A DNA stretch of 63,048 bases, the filler included, from Lenisia limosa (lineage: Eukaryota > Protista > Breviatea), in NCBI GenBank assembly GCA_001655205.1. It is 12 parts of 12 records of this genome, joined end to end, with 100 filler letters (N's around TTAATTAATTAA, not from the genome) between each part and the next. Parts side by side here need not be neighbours in the genome. Positions count along the whole stretch, not along the records: positions 58,932 to 63,048 come from LPNZ01002876.1; 11 more parts are not named here. One strand, written 5' to 3'. Below the pieces are notes generated by a model, which was not told where the DNA came from, did no database searches, and saw only the letters and a program-made list of their open reading frames with translations. The translations under genes were made by a program, and so were the position numbers. This document shows positions 62,029-63,048 of this stretch, piece by piece. How positions within the stretch are numbered: the stretch's first letter is position 1; the number at the start of each line of letters is the position of its first letter.

Positions 62029-62740
62029 GATGATGATGATGACGAAGATGATGATTATGATGATGATGATGATGATAATGATAATGATTGTGATGGTGAT
62101 GATGTTGATGATGATGAGGGGAGAAAGTTGATAATTATGTATAATGATATAGGCTCCTTTGAACTTTTCACTTAAACTGGCAAAATGTGATTTATTCAGG
62201 AGCAACTGGCTTTCAGGAGGTTCCCGCCCCTGAGTTTTGAAGACAAATCAGGTTTGACATCGAGATCTTTGCCCTTGCAGTAGTGGTTTTATTGAAAATT
62301 ACGACTCTGTGCAATTAATTTGTTGAAGAAATTGGAAATTATAGTGTCGGAAATGGAGTTCCTATGACAATAGGTCACCCAATTTTGTAATTAATTTTAC
62401 AATTAAATGCACGGAGCCCTATAAAACAGTTTAATTTTCCGATCTTTAGAAACGAAGTGAAGCCTAACCAGATCTCTTTCCTAGTTTCAATAGAGACTTA
62501 TCTTATGATCACGATCATAGTTTCAATAGAGGCTTTATATTTTTGATCCTAGTTTCAATAGAGACGCTATCTTTATGATCCTAGTTTCAATAGAGACTTT
62601 ATCTGTATGATCCTAATTTCAATAAAGACTTTACTGCAAAAAAAGCTAATTTCTTACAAACCTAGGACAGGAGACGGAATATATTGAGACTCGCCCTGCC
62701 ACTGCCGAGTGGAAGAAGTCCTTGCATCTCTCTATGATCG
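58932..62740 (+). CDS. Internal part of a multi-exon hypothetical protein
   Basis: Exon candidates with GT-AG borders: LALRFAPLANKILMIFLADANRF, GKPEAQMSIIEVVLTT, ..QKRKEKKRERKLLKEENSQEEP.., ASLLVGSFGSDDDSSSDAEDFDEDDVAR, GLAEVTDEEIELDMRDVPEATSPHKLMMTP and EQLAFRRFPPLSFEDKS. Confidence 0.45.
59035..59136. mobile_element. hAT-like MITE family B, subtype TAGGGCTTCACTTCGG
   Basis: ~20-bp TIRs and a perfect 8-bp TSD gatataac (59027-59034 and 59137-59144). Other copies at 9500-9599, 18720-18820, 19955-20029, 23684-23778, 23792-23890, 36476-36550, 36833-36926, 55490-55565 and 56166-56273, with partials at 24165-24200, 58515-58545 and 62435-62466. Confidence 0.85.
59421..59880. repeat. Element with two clusters of tandem GATCG/ATCGG pentamers around an AT-rich core
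   Basis: GGATC/ATCGG runs at 59430-59522 and 59795-59866; right end ..ATACACTA. Confidence 0.6.
61920..62120. repeat. (GAT)n microsatellite, probably intronic
   Basis: Interrupted GAT run following a gtagg donor; a similar shorter run lies at 2921-2982. Confidence 0.9.
62480..62632. repeat. Minisatellite, ~5 x 32 bp CCTAGTTTCAATAGAGACTTTATCT(T/G)TATGAT
   Basis: Direct tandem copies visible; the inter-core sequences are homologous to each other. Confidence 0.85.
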
Positions 62741-63048
62741 CGTGGGGATTGCTGTTTTGAACGTAATCTAATCTCTTTTTCTCTTTTTATCTCACTTATC
62801 CAAATTTAAAGGTTTCCTAATTGTTTTAAAAGTAATCTTTTTGGTTTATTTTTACATAGCAAGACAGATAATATGTGCTAACTATTGTCCACGCATTATA
62901 CCTCATATTCACTGGTGCTAACAGACCGACAATTATACTCTGAATACCGAGGGATAGACCCTAGAGTGATGTTTGTTTTTCTTTTTTGTTTTTCCCCTTT
63001 TATTTTTCTTTTTTCTCCCCCCCCCCCCTCATGGTTTTTTTTTTTTTT

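Noticed and set aside
61834-62205. Asp-rich, Met-rich and Ile-rich ORFs
   Set aside because: These are translations of a (GAT)n microsatellite that follows a GT donor; only the short upstream exon is retained in the gene model.
62480-62632. CRISPR-like array (GTTTCAAT-containing repeats)
   Set aside because: The inter-repeat segments are short and homologous to each other, there are no cas genes and the context is eukaryotic; it is a minisatellite.
1-63048. tRNA, rRNA or group I/II intron genes, and transposase or reverse-transcriptase ORFs
   Set aside because: No cloverleaf, rRNA motif, DDE or RT motif was recognised; all mobile elements seen are non-autonomous.

Overview
Eukaryotic (protist-like), intron-rich draft genome sequence. 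The window is not contiguous DNA: it is 12 separate scaffolds joined by 11 artificial 100-nt spacers (N44-TTAATTAATTAA-N44), with many internal N gaps that usually abut G- or C-homopolymer runs. Manual GT-AG splicing with phase checks gives multi-exon genes: a half-size ABCA transporter, a soluble adenylyl-cyclase-like class III cyclase with a P-loop domain, the 3' end of KAE1/OSGEP, a MORN2-like protein, a GOST/LUSTR (GPR107/TMEM87-like) 7TM protein, a C-terminal FERM-domain protein, a conserved secreted protein of unknown function and several hypothetical proteins. Introns are packed with small repeats. These include hAT-like MITEs (TAGGG ends, 8-bp TSDs), TA-flanked CAGTG MITEs and a ~1.15-kb palindrome. 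The most interesting signal is a repeat family ('A') that is almost always in gene-sense orientation and whose end coincides with the 3' splice site in at least 12 introns. A second family ('F') lies at intron 5' ends and twice supplies the GT donor. Together they suggest an introner-like, intron-building element. No rRNA, tRNA or CRISPR array could be supported. All gene models were built by eye and their boundaries are approximate; the organism was not identified.
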